Positions 13,520 through 25,890 of a DNA stretch of 64,000 nt are shown here, piece by piece. Position 1 is the stretch's first letter. Each line of letters begins with the position of its first letter. Source of the stretch: Cetorhinus maximus (taxonomy: Eukaryota). Where the stretch lies: positions 108,748,001 to 108,812,000 of the forward strand of contig NC_135888.1 in assembly GCF_964194155.1 (NCBI RefSeq), written 5' to 3'. Under the pieces are notes generated by a model. That model saw nothing but the letters and a program-made list of their open reading frames with translations. It did no database searches and was not told the origin of the DNA. Position numbers and translations under genes: made by a program.

Positions 13520-13855
13520 ATACTTTTGAAGCATAGTCACTTTAGTAGTAAGCTGGGAAATACAGCAGCTAACTTGAACACAGTAAAGTCTCACAACAAT
13601 AAAATAACAATGAGATAATCTGTTTCTGTTCTGTTGCTTGAGGGATAAGTATTAGCCAGGACACAGGGAGAACTCTCCTGCACTTTTTCAAAATGGTGCC
13701 ATGGGATCTTGTACAGCTGCCTGAGGGCAGAATGGGGCCTTGGGTTAACGCCTCATCCAAAAGACAGTACTGCACCCGGGTATCAGTCTGGATTGTATAC
13801 TCGAGTTTCCACAACCTTCTGGTTCAGGCAAGATTACTATCACTGAATCACAGTT
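13520..13855 (-). mobile_element. DeuSINE (SacSINE1/AmnSINE1-like)
   Basis: Reverse complement matches the Deu-domain pattern (tcttttggatgaggcgttaacccaaggcccc...aagatcccatggcaccattttgaaaaagtgcaggagagttctccctgtgtcctggctaatacttatccctcaa). Confidence 0.75.
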
Positions 13856-14079
13856 GACATTAATGCTTAATCTGACCTAAAAAGTGTTTAATCCAGAAGA
13901 GAATTTTAAATTTGTTGAAGTTTCATTTTTCAGTATTAGTCCAGCATATTGCAACAAACAAAATTGCACATATAAACTTTACAAAGAAAGGTCTCTATCA
14001 GGCACTTTTAATTTTGAAGCTCAATGAGAGTGAAGCTCTCTGCACAAGAGATTAAACTTTATATTTTTTCTTTCTATAG

Positions 14080-14328
14080 TGTACTTGGGCCAGGAGGCCC
14101 TGTATGGAGCTTGTGAAAAGAACTACTGTGGCCGTGGGCAACAATGTATCATCAGTAAAGAGACTGAGCTGCCCGAGTGTGTGTGTATACAGCAGTGCAA
14201 GCCCAATTATATACCAGTTTGTGGCTCTGATGGGAAGTTTTATGAGAATCACTGTGAACTGCATCGTACTGCCTGCCAACAGAGAAAGAGAATCCACATT
14301 GTAGACAATAAAGAGTGTTTCTTCCAAG
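14080..14328 (+). CDS. FSTL4: Internal coding exon (FOLN + Kazal domain) of a follistatin-like protein, most similar to FSTL4 (FSTL5 is the alternative)
   Basis: Acceptor ttttttctttctatAG at 14078-14079 and donor GTAAGC at 14329. 249 nt, phase 1-1. Translation ...GACEKNYCGRGQQCIISKETELPECVCIQQCKPNYIPVCGSDGKFYENHCELHRTACQQRKRIHIVDNKECFFQG has the 10-Cys follistatin spacing and the PVCGSDGxFYENHC motif of FSTL4/5. From memory, P-x-Y-I/V-P and CGRG fit FSTL4 better than FSTL5. Confidence 0.88.
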
Positions 14329-16334
14329 GTAAGCCACCGTGTAGCAGCAAACATGAAGTTTAACGATGGATTATCATTGTTCAATGTTTCCTTGTGTTCA
14401 CTTCCAAAAGCAGATGCAACCTGTCCTGGGAACCAGGATAAGAGCTCATAAAGCCACATGTGATTATAAGTAGTCCAGCCGCATTTGTGCAGTGATATTT
14501 TCTCAATTTATATCCTGCTTTGCTTATCATTAAAAAAAACATTTAATAGCTATGCCAAGGGCTTTCCAGAAATGAAAACGATGCTTGAAGTAGATAGTTG
14601 TCATAAGTTTGTAATAACAAAGGTTGATATTGGGCATGGGAGAATTCAACATGTTTTAGTAAAGTAGGACACACCATCAGTGGTAAAAATCAATAATTTA
14701 CTTCATCAGTGTTGAACTGAAAGCTGTAGATTTCCACTTGATTGATAATATCTTCATGACATTCTTTACCATTATGTACTGATCAATTATTTCTTTCATC
14801 TTTCAATATTGTTTCACGAACCTATAGCCATAATTAACTAGGTTGAGATCATTCTAAAATCATTTTGAATAGAAATTTTATTGTTGACAGGGAGAGTAAA
14901 CTTTCATTGTGTGCCATATACCTTGAACCAAAATGTGAAGGGACCATACTCAATCCCTTAAGGTTTAGTTTCAGAATGTAAGACAACTTAAGTCTAACCA
15001 AAAGCAAAATATAGTGGCTGCTGGAAAGGCATTAATGTCATCTCAATTGGCCTAGCAATTTTTGAAAGCTATAATGGACCAGAAAAACATAGCAATAGGT
15101 TAAATGAAAGCAGAAACCTTAATTAAACAATACCGTACCCAAAAAATTGAAATCTGAACCCTTTTCTCATGAAGTTATTGTTCTTTGTCGAGCAGTCTAA
15201 GCTCAGTCAAATGCACATAAAAAATGTTGGGAATGTGAAACGAAATAGTAAATGCTCTAAACACGCAGCAATTCAATCAGCAGAAGTGCCAACAGATGGC
15301 GTGTCTATTTCCCATTGGACATGTTGTTGACTCTGTTATGTCATCCAATTAATGCTGAAAGGCAGAGTTGTGAGTGAGTCATGATGTTGGATCTGCTAGG
15401 TGGTGTTGGGTCTGCTAGATGAATAAATACTATGTCAAACATGATATGACGTATTTTGTATTTATCTGTGCAGTAATACATTATCAGAGATTGTGTCGTG
15501 GAATATGGAAGATTATGTCATGTTCAGTTAATGCAATTAACTATTTGTCTTTTATGTGGCAATATTATCATGGTGACTCACAGGCACTATCACTAACACC
15601 ATGGGTACATTTTTTAGTCATGATGCTAAAGCAACAGGAATGAACTTTCTCCCAAGTCAAACCCTAGGAATTTTCCAGGGTTAACCGTTATAAAATATTT
15701 ATGTAAAACACTTGATCAATATCACTGGGAATTCTTAAAAGCATGTAAGCTGCATAAAGCGAAATGGATACAAATGTTGGTAAAAGTTGTTGCAATCTTT
15801 CCTAAAGTTGTCAGTGTTTTTAAAATATGGATGCATCTGGTGTGAAACCTCACCAGCTGTGGGCATGGATCAAAGATTCAATGCTATTGAACCTCAAACC
15901 CCTCATGTCTTGTCTAGAAAAGCTCTGCACTGGCAAGAGAGATTTGTGAAATTACATCTTATATTGCAGGCTTTCTGTAGACTGTACAGAACAAAATCAT
16001 GCTGATAATACATATTTAGGCAGGAAATAGAATCTGTGTGCAAGTATTGGAGCAGCACAGCCCCCACAACACCTGGTAGCTGTCAGAGTGGAAGTGCTGT
16101 AGTAAGCCTTTGATGCTAGAAGGATTCCTCTATGCGGCACTCTAGGGCAACCCCCTCAGGGAGCAGCAGGGACTGGCAAGCATACTCAATATTGTGTATA
16201 GTAAATGCAGTGCCTGGAAATAAAAATCAAAGAAGGTAGCTATGCTTAGAAAACTGCCAGTAAAGTAAGGCAAACCCAACAGTATCATTTGCCATGCATA
16301 TATCCCACAAAATGTCGCATTTAAGCTTATTCCA

Positions 16335-16900
16335 CATTTATTGAGGTGTAGGGAGGGAATTCCAGAGCTTGGGGCCTGGACAATTGAAGGCACAGCCACC
16401 AGTGGTGAAGCAATTATAATAGGGAATGCACAAGAGACAAGACGAGAATTAGAGGAGCACAGAAAACTTGGAGGGTTGTGGGGTTGAAGGAGATTGCAGT
16501 GATAGGGTGGGGCAAGGCCAAGGAGCGATTTGAAAACAAGGATCAGAATTTTCAAATCAAGACATTGCTTGACCTGGAGCCAATGTAGGTTAGCGAGCAA
16601 AAGGGCAATTAGGGGAATGGGACTTGCTATGAGTTAAGACGTGGGCAACAGAGTTTGGGATGACCTCAAGTTTATGGAGGATAGAATGTGGGAGACCAGA
16701 CAGGAGTGCACTGCAGTCAAGTCCAGAGGTGACAAAGGCATGAATGAGGTTTTCAGCAGCAGATGAGCTAAAAGGTGCAAAGTTGAGTGATGTTATAGTT
16801 GGAAATAGGTGGTCTTAGTACTAGCACAAACATGAGTTCGGAAGCTGATTTTGGCATCAAATGTGACACCAAGGTTGAGAGTAGACTGGCTTAATCTCAG
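16335..16900 (-). mobile_element. L2 LINE 3' ORF2 fragment
   Basis: LANLHWLQVKQCLDLKILILVFKSLLGLAPPY matches the L2 C-terminal motif LHWLPV..RI.FK.L...K.L.GLAP.Y. Confidence 0.8.
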
Positions 16901-19776
16901 CATTTTTTAAATTTATGCTTTCACAGGATGTGGCTGCCACTGGCTAGGCCAGCATTTATTGCCCATCCCTAACTGCCCTGAGAAGGTGGTGGTGAGCTGC
17001 CTTCTTGAACTGCTGCAGACCATGTGGTGCAGGTGCACCCACAGAGCTGTGAGGAAGGAAGTTCCAGAATTTTCATGCAGTGATAGCGAAGGAACGGCAA
17101 TATAGTTCCAAGTAAAAATGTTGTATGGCTTGGAAGTGAACTTACAGGTGGTGCTGTCCTTGTCTTTCTAGGTGGTAGAGGTCATGAGTTTGGAAGGTGG
17201 TGTCAAAGGAGCCTTGGTGAGTTGCTGTTGTGCAACTTGTGGGTAGGGCACATTGCAGCCACTGTGCATCAAAGGTGGAGGGAGTGAATCTTTAAGATGG
17301 TGGATGGGCTGCCAATCAAGCAGGGTCCTTTGTCCTGGATGATGTCAAGCTTCTTGAGTGTTGTTGGAGTTGCACTCATCCAGGCAAGTGGAAAGTATTC
17401 CATCACACTCCTGACTTGTGCCTTGTAGGTGGTGGGCAGGCTTTGGGGAGTCAGGAGGTGAGTTACTCGCCGCAGGATTCCTGACCTCTGACCTGTTCTT
17501 GTAGCCACAATATTTATATCACTGGTTAAGTTCAGTTTCTGGTCAATGGTAGCCACCCTCCCGCCCGGTTGTTAATAGTGGAGAATTCAGCAGTGGTAAT
17601 GCCATTGAATGTTAAGGCGGGATGGTTAGATTCTCTCATTGGAGATGGTCATTGCCTGGCATTTGTGTGGTGCAAATGTTATTTCCCACTTATCAGGCCA
17701 AGCCTGAATGTTGTCCAGATCTTGCTGCATTTAGACACGAACAGCTTTAGTATCTGAGGATTTGCGAATGGTGCTGAACATTGTGCAATTACCAGCAAAC
17801 ACCCCCACTTCTGACCTCATGATGGAGAGAAGGACACTGCTGAAGCAGCTAAAGATGGTTGGGTCTTGGACACTACCCTGAGGTACTCCTGCACCAATGT
17901 CCTGGGACTGAGATGATTCACCTCCAACAACCACGATCATCTTCCTTTGTGCTAGGTAGGACTCCAACCAATGGAGAACTTTCCCCCTGATTCCCATTGA
18001 CTTCAGTTTTGCTAGGGCTCCTTGATGCCACATTCTGTCAAATGCTGTCTTGATGTCAAGGGCAGTCATTCGGACCTCACCTCTGGAGTTTAGCTCTTTT
18101 GTCCATGCTTGGACCAAGGCTGTAATGAGGTCAGGAGCTGAGTGGCTCTGATGGAAACCAAACTGAGCATCAGTGAGCAAGTTGTTGCTGAGTAAGTGCC
18201 ACTTGATAGTACTGTCGACGACACCTTCCATCACTTTGCTGATGATTGAGAGTAGACTGATAGAGCGGTAATTGGTTGGGTTCAAATTGTCCTTTTTGTG
18301 TACAGGATATACCTGGGCAATTTTCCTCATAGCCGGGTAGATGCCAGTGTTGTAGCTGCACTGGAACAGCTTGCCTAGGGGCGTGGCAAGTTCTGGAGCA
18401 TGTCTTCAGTGTTATTGCTGGGAATATTGTCAGGGCCCATAGCCTTTGCAGTATCCAGTGCCTTCAGCCATTTCTTGATATCGTGTGGAGTTAATCGAAT
18501 TGGCAGAAGACTGGTATCTGTGATGCCAGGAATCTCAGGAGGAAGCCAACATGGATCATCCAGTTGGTACTTCTGGCTGAAGATTATTGCAAATGCTTCA
18601 GCCTTGTCTTTTGCACTGATATGCTGGACTCCCCCATCATCGAGGATGGGAATATTTGTGGAGCCTCCTCTTCCAATGAGTTGTTTAATTGTTCACCGCC
18701 ATTCATGACTGAATGTGGCAAGACTGCAGATGTTGTTGCTTGTGGGCTCGCTTAGCTCTATCACAAGCTGCTTCTGCTGTTTGGCATGTGTTGTAGCTTC
18801 ACCAGGTTGACACCTCATTTTTAGGTATGCCTGGTGTTGCTCCGGGCGTGCCCTCCTGCACTCTTAATTGAACCAGGGTTGATCCTCCGGCTTGATGGTA
18901 ATGGTAGAGTTGAGAATATGCTGGGTTATGAGATTACAGTTTGTGGTTTTATACAATCCTGTTGCTGCTGATGGCCCACAGCGCCTCACGGATGCCCAGT
19001 TTTGAGTTGCTAGATCTGTTTGAAATCGATCCCATTTAGCATGGTGGTAGCGGCACACAACATGATGGAGGGTATCCTCAATGTGCAGATGGGACTTCAT
19101 CTCCACAAGTACTGTGTGGTGGTCACTCCACCAATACCGTCACGGACAGATGCATCTGTGACAGGTAGATCGGTGAGGGGGATATCAAGCAAGTTTTTCC
19201 CTCTTGTTGGTTCCCTCACTGGCTGTTGAAGACCCAGTTTAGCAGCTATGTCCTTTAGGACTCGACCAGCTCGGTCAGCAGTGGTGTTACTGAGCCACTC
19301 TTGGTGATGGACATTGTAGTCCATTGTACCAGGGTTGATCTCCTGGCTTGATGGCAATGGTAGAGTGGGAGATATGCAGGGCCATGAGGCTACAGATTGT
19401 GTTTGAATACAGTTTTGCTGCTGCTGGTGGCCCACAGTGCTTCATGGATGCCCAGTTTTGAGTTGCTAGGTCTGTTCTGAATCTATCCCATTTAGCTTGA
19501 TGGCAGTGCCACACAACACAGTGGAGGGTATTCTCAATGTGAAGATAGGACTTTGTCTCCGCAAGAGCTGTCTGGTGGCCATTGTACAGATTCATCTCCG
19601 AAAGGTGGATTAGTGAGGACAAGGCCAAGTAGATTTTTCCCCCTTGCTGGTTCCTTCACTACTTGCCACAGAGCCAGGCTAGCAGCCATGTCCTTTTGGA
19701 CTCAGCCAACTGTCTCAGTACTACTGCTACTGAGCCACTCTTGGTGATGGACATTGAAGTCTCCAACCCAGAGTAC

Positions 19777-20157
19777 TTTTTTTTTATTAGTTCATGGGAT
19801 GTGTCACTGGCTATACCAGCATTTATTGCCTATCCTTAATTGCCCTTGTTCAGGGGGTATTTAAGAGTCAACCACATTGCTGTGGGTCTGGAGTCACAGG
19901 TAGGCTGAGCTAGACCAGGTAAGGATGGCAGATTTCCTTCCCTAAAGGGCATTAGTGAACCAGATGTATTTTTACGACAATCGGCAATGGTTTCATGGTC
20001 ATCATTAGACTTTTAATTCCATATTTTTATTGAATTCAAATTTTAACCATGTGCCATGGTGGGATTCAAACACAGGTCCCCAGAGCATTACCGTGGGTCT
20101 CTAGAATACTAGTCAGTGACAGTGACAGTGACAGTACCGCAATGCCACCGCCTCCCC
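19777..20157 (-). mobile_element. tRNA-derived SINE (~380 bp): LINE head plus LINE 3' tail, nested in a LINE copy
   Basis: Minus strand reads ggggaggcggtggcattgcggta...gactagtattctag...gtttgaatcc (A/B-box-like), body, then gggcaattaaggataggcaataaatgctgg...aaaaaaaaa. It splits the host LINE at gagtac|att. Confidence 0.8.
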
Positions 20158-20431
20158 ATTGTGTGGTGGGTGGTAATAAGCAGGAGGTTTCCTTGCCTAT
20201 GTTTGATCTGATGCCATGAGCTTTATGGGGTCCAAAGTCAATGTTGAGGACTCCTGGAGCAAATCCCTCCCGACTGTGTATCACTGTGCTGCCACATCTG
20301 CTGGGCCTGTCCGGTGGGATTGGACATACCCAGGAATGGTGAGCATGGTGCCTGGGACATTTTTGTCAGGTCTGATTCGATGAGTATGTCTCAGAGGGCA
20401 TTTAAGAGTCAACAACGTTGTTGTGGGTCTG

Positions 20432-21102
20432 CAGTCAATATCCTGGGAGTTACCATTGACCAAAAATTAACTGGACATCCATATAAATACTGTGGCTAGA
20501 AGAGCAGGTCAGATTTTAAGAATCTTGTGGTGAGTAACTCACCTCCTGACTCCCCAAAGCCTGTCCACCATCTACAAGGTGCAAGTCAGGAGTGTGATGG
20601 AATACTCTCCACTTGCCTGGATGAGTGCAGCTCCAACAATACTCAAGAAGCTTGACATCATCCAGGACAAAGCAGCCCACTTGATTGGCACCCCATCCAC
20701 AGACATTCATTCCCTTCACCACCGATGCATAGTGGCAGCAGTGTGTACCATCTACAAGATGTACTGCAGGAACTCACCAAGCCTCCTTAGAAAACACCTT
20801 CCAGATCTATGACAGCTACCATCTAGACGGACAAGGGCAGCAGTCACATGAGAACACCACCACCTGGAAGTTCCCCTCCAAGCCACTCACCATCCTGGCT
20901 TGGAAATGCATCGCCATTCCTTCATTGTTGCTGGGGCAAAACCCTAGAACACCCTCTCTAACAGCACTGTGGGTATGCCTATACCACATGGACTGCAACG
21001 GTTCAAGAAGGCAGCTCATCACCATCTTCTCAAGGCAATTAGGGATGGGCAATAAATGCTGGCCTAGCCAACGATGTTGACATCCCATGAATGAATTTTA
21101 AG
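20432..21102 (+). mobile_element. 5'-truncated LINE 3' fragment inserted into the head of the minus-strand LINE
   Basis: QVRSVMEYSPLAWMSAAPTILKKLDIIQDKAAHLIG followed by the family tail. The host head sequence stops at 20431 and resumes at about 21103. Confidence 0.85.
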
Positions 21103-21468
21103 AAGTTACATGTAGGCTAGACCAAGTAAGGATGACAGATTTCTTTCCATAAAGGACTTTAGTGAGCCAGATGGGTTTTTACAACAATTGACAACGATTT
21201 CACGTCCACCATTACTAAGACTAGCTATTAATTCCAGCTGCTGTGGTGGAGTTTGAACCCGTGGTCCCAGAGCATTAGCCTAGGCCTCTGTACTGCTAGG
21301 TCAGTACATTACCAGTATGCCACTGCCTGCCCCTATGTTGCCAGGGAGACTATTTGAGACTAATCCAAAAGGCCAGTCAGTATATTATCCTTGTTATTAA
21401 TGTGGTGCATATCTAGTTGTAAAAATCTCAGCCACATTTTAAGTTCCCCTCATGCTGGTTATAATACT

Positions 21469-22124
21469 GGGCAGGATTTTGCCCCCATTAGGGGGGAAGT
21501 TGAAGAGCGGGTGCATGGAGGCGCGCCTCCGATCAGCGCCCCCAATGGGGGGCGTGTTGCCATTTTACATGGGTGGGCCAATTAAAGCCCGCCCAGCGTG
21601 ACATCCGCACAGAAGCGCTATGCGCTCCCTGTGCAGGCGGAAGGGGATTCCCTGAGCCGAGAGTGCGCTCTTCCAGGCATGCGCACAAAAGAGCGTGCTC
21701 ATCTCCCTGAGGATTAGTGCTGCCTCAGGGAGATCGAAAAATATTAAAAATAGAAAATCAAAATTCCCTAACATGTCCCCTCATGTGACACTGTCACATG
21801 AGTTGGGACATGTCCATAAATTTTAAAACACTTTACTTAAAATTTTAAAACCTCATCCCGCCCGTAGACGAGGTTTCATACTTTTTCTAATGCCCGACAG
21901 GGCTCCTGGCCTGTCCCCTAATTACTTTAATGACTCTGTCAATGGCCTCAGTTGGCCATGGACAGGTCGGCGGGCGCACAGCTGATTTTACTGAGCCCCC
22001 GCCTACCTGAAAATTTAAATGGGGTGCGGTGACGTCAGGAGTTCCACCCGACATCACCGCATGTCATTTTACGCATCAGCGAGTGGGCCCTGCCCCCCTG
22101 CTCACCTATGGGAAAATCCTGGCC
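21469..22124 (-). mobile_element. Harbinger-derived MITE, copy 2
   Basis: TIRs GGGCAGGATTTT / AAAATCCTGGCC and core ctcatgtgaca-c-tgtcacatgag at about 21780-21802. Confidence 0.85.
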
Positions 22125-22214
22125 CCTGTGTCGCTAACCTTAGTAATCGGAAACTTACAATACGATCTCAATTTAAGTTAGCATGCATATATTCCTGAGA
22201 CGAAGAGTCTTATG

Positions 22215-23097
22215 TGTCACGAGGCTCTGCTCCTTTGTTTTTAAAAATATGACTTTTCAACTTTCAACTGACTGGAAATTTTGCAATTTGAATGGAGGCA
22301 GAACAAACTACTTTAAAAAATGCAAGGCCACAATCCAAGGTGAAGGTGAGAAACAAACAGATCACCCTCAGGGGAGTGTGAAGAGAGAGACATTTCCAAA
22401 AATGCAGACACCTATTGAAACTCGTATCTGTCTAAGGAAGAGACATTAAAGTGCAAAGTACTGGAATTTGAAACAATAGCTGCTACAGACGGACGCACCT
22501 AAACCCTCTTAAAAATGTACATTGGATGAAATATTTCAAGGCAAGGCTGCAGCCACTTGAGAGAGATTACAAGTGACACAGCTGGTGTCAAGAAAGCCTT
22601 CAGCAGATGAAACAGGCTGAAGGATGCTCTCTCTCTCTCTCTCTGTCTCCAGTTTGAAAAGCCAACTCCACCAGAAACCTACCAGTGAACCTAGGTCTTG
22701 TAATAATTGCAACACCTTCTACATCTGACCGCATCCATCAAACCAGCTGCTTTTAAAATCTATATCTCAAGGACAATCAAAGGACACTTAACCATATATT
22801 ATTTTACCTTTTTTCTTTTGGACTCCAACCACACAAGCTTGTATGGCTGCATGATGGCCGAATGCATGACGTTGCATTTTTATTATTTTTCTCAGGTTTA
22901 GTGGTTAATAAATCTCTTTCTTTGATTCAAGAAAACTTTGTTTAAGTGGCTCCTTAGTGCTCACAGCTTAAATAGTCAAATACATCCTGATTTGGAAAAA
23001 GTATACCCTCGTGAAAAAGAAACTTAAAGCTTTGTTGTGACCAGTTGATGAGGTTGAATAGAGGAGAGCCAGTTCACCCCTTCTTACTTGGTCTTAA
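22215..23097 (+). mobile_element. Probable solo LTR
   Basis: Starts TGTCAC, has AATAAA at about 22907, and tatg flanks both sides (22211-22214, 23098-23101). The 3' CA is not intact. Confidence 0.45.
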
Positions 23098-23569
23098 TAT
23101 GTATAAAACTGTATCACACTATTAGCAAGATCTCTAAACTGCAATATAAGAACTGGCTCTTGAATTTAGTTTGTTATGAGCTAAGTCTCCCTTTTTATAC
23201 TAAGACACTGAAGTGACACACATTGTAATATTGTGCTTATGTAAGTCAACTATTGCCTCCATATCACGCATGAATATTTTATAAGATACTGAATTAAACA
23301 AGAAACCCATCTTAGTAATTCTGTAGGCACTCTAGTTTTTGTGCTCACCGAATTAGAAAAATAAAGTTAACGGACATCCATTTGACATCTTATAGATCAG
23401 AGAGAGTTGAAAAGCATGCCTAATGCAACTTTTCCAGCAAACAGATTGTAAAAAAAATCCTTGGAGTGTGAAATTTTCCTTGGGAAGGAAAATGACCAAT
23501 TGAAGACGAATATCAGAATCGGATCGAATACTGAACGCTCTTGGAAAGGCATCAGGAGGTATCTGATTC

Positions 23570-23790
23570 CATAAGACTAAAAGTCAAGGAGGAATAGTGC
23601 ATCAGACTCACTGAAGTTGTCATCTGAGACTTTGATTAGGGTCTTTTCACTGTTGTGAAAAGGGCACAAACTTGATTGGAGTGTTACAAATGGAGTTATA
23701 GTAAAGATGGTCATGAATTTGGGAGGCGACAACACATTCAAGGACTTTGGAGGGAAAGGTATTTTGGAGATATAAATAGTGAACAGTCCT
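23570..23790 (-). mobile_element. L2 LINE RT fragment
   Basis: LQSSLCPFHNSEKTLIKVSDD...LFLLDF resembles L2 QSGFRP.HSTETAL.KV.ND...LLDLS. Confidence 0.6.
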
Positions 23791-25890
23791 GGCAAAGAGA
23801 ACAAGGCTTGATGTGCTTAGTGTGATCTGATCAGTTCTGACAATGGTTTAAACCAGTTGTCTGCCAGGTAAACTGAATTCTGTGCCCCTTGGACATGAAA
23901 GAGCAAAAATGGCCCTCATAGTTGGGGGAATGACCAGGGTATGCGAGAGTATGGGTTTTGCTGTGGGCAAGCACATCAAGTGGCGATGAAGGAGTGGTTG
24001 AGGACATTTAGCTGTGGAAACATTATGATGAATGAAACTTCAACTGAAAATGCAAACTCTTAATTTTGTCAGGGACTTCCCCCTGATTGGCTTTTAGGAA
24101 TTGCAACACAGCAGTTCAGGGCTGGTTTCCTTCAATATTACGAGTATTTATTTTCCTTATTATTTTATCACATTATCAAAGCTGATAGACCTATTACTGG
24201 CTTGTGCAATATAATTTGCCAATCTTTTTGTCTCTTTCTCCACACTGATACCACGGGCCAAATTTTCATCCGGCCTCAGGAAAACCTGACCTCCACACTT
24301 TTGTGAAATGAATGCCCTCCCTATTTGTGACTTTATAAAGTATTTTTGTCTTTCCACATGGGAATTGGGTCAGTATATTTTGTGAGTTACTGTGGAGTAT
24401 GTGAGGAGTGTGGATCCAGAGACAGGCTGGTTAAAAGGCCCTCCTTGGTTCTCCAACACAACAGACCAGCTCCTAACACTGTTTAAAGGCCCCCTAAACC
24501 TCACTCCTCATCCTTCACACCCCACCCACCCACATGCCATCCCATTCAACCTCACATCTCTCCATGCCAGCTTGCATTCCCCATGCCACCTCTATATAAC
24601 CCAGTATGTAATATGTACAATTCTCAGGAGCCATGAAATAGCAATGGGGATTACTTCAAACTCATTGGAAAAGCATTAAACCTCTTAACAATCTAAGAAA
24701 ACCCTGAACTCAAACTATCATTAATACTGGACTAAAAAACCCAAACAAGGGAATAAAGATTGCAATCCTTTAGGTGTCAGTTAGGTTTTCAAACAAACAA
24801 GAAACCACATCAAAGACATATTCTGTTATTTTCGACTCCTAAACGTCTCAAAAGTTCTTGGTTCAATAAGACCACCCACTGAGTTGAAGCTTTTGAAATC
24901 CATCCAAATATTCTTAATGGAATAGTTGTATTAACAAAAGCTTCCACTGACAGAACAGATATATGTTTCCAATTCAAATCAGAGTTTAATAGTGGAGGAG
25001 AAATGCAGACCATTTTTTTTGGTCTTCAGAAGTAGGTCTATTTTTTGGTAGCAGCTAGATCTGCCAGTACAATTAAATCAAAGCACAAAAGCATTAGAGC
25101 AGAGGGTGCTTTTTTTTTACATTTTTAAACTACTATGGTATTATTTCCATTGAAAAAGTACTGTGATGCATGTGAACTATTACGCAATGATGGTCAATAT
25201 AAGATCAATTTACTTTTGCAGGAAAGTTCCCTATAATGAATCACTGCATTAAATTACATCTACATTACAATATAGCGTATTATAGTGACATTTGAAGGTG
25301 TCAAAACATTCTACACTTGCCTTTCAGAATGCTCCTAATCCCTCAACAAACTCTCAACTCTGGCATGCATTTAATGGGCTTCCAAAACCTCACACCACCA
25401 GATAAAAATGGAGTGCAGGAGGAAATCCAATTTTCATCTTCCATTTAAAATGGGGAACCCAACCTCAGCCGGGGATGAGAGAGGGTCATGGTGTGCATTT
25501 TGCACACTAAGCCATAAGAAAATAACGCAGAATCAGGAATGCAGTGGAAAATCAGATTTCCTCCAAAAGAATCAAAGTGTGCTCATTTGCACAGCAAAAC
25601 GTGCCCCCAGACCCAGGCGAATATTTGCCCTCACATTTCACTAAGGCAGCCATTCTTCTTATTCTTTCATGCCCATATTTTGGATCATCATATATTTGCA
25701 AGTGTCCAGTGCCTCTGCTATTTGACTCACAGCAGAAATGCTTGCTGGTTTTCACCCCTCTGATATTCCCAGTCCCAGTTTAGCCAAGATCTACTTAATG
25801 ACTATCAGAACCAATATATTTAAGGCAAAGAGCTGTTGAGATTAATTTTTTTTATCTTTAAGTTGCAGAGTCATTTGAAGTGCATATATT

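Larger units (their letters stand above)
16905..21332 (-). mobile_element. Full-span decayed APE+RT LINE (same family as 3205-6359) with tRNA-like head, internal duplication and nested insertions
   Basis: RT ORF 17731-18330 (NYRSISLL, QFGF, ALDIKTAFDRMWH, GVPQGSV). Tail near 16905-16990, head near 21103-21332. The segment 18870-19320 recurs at 19325-19770. Confidence 0.85.
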
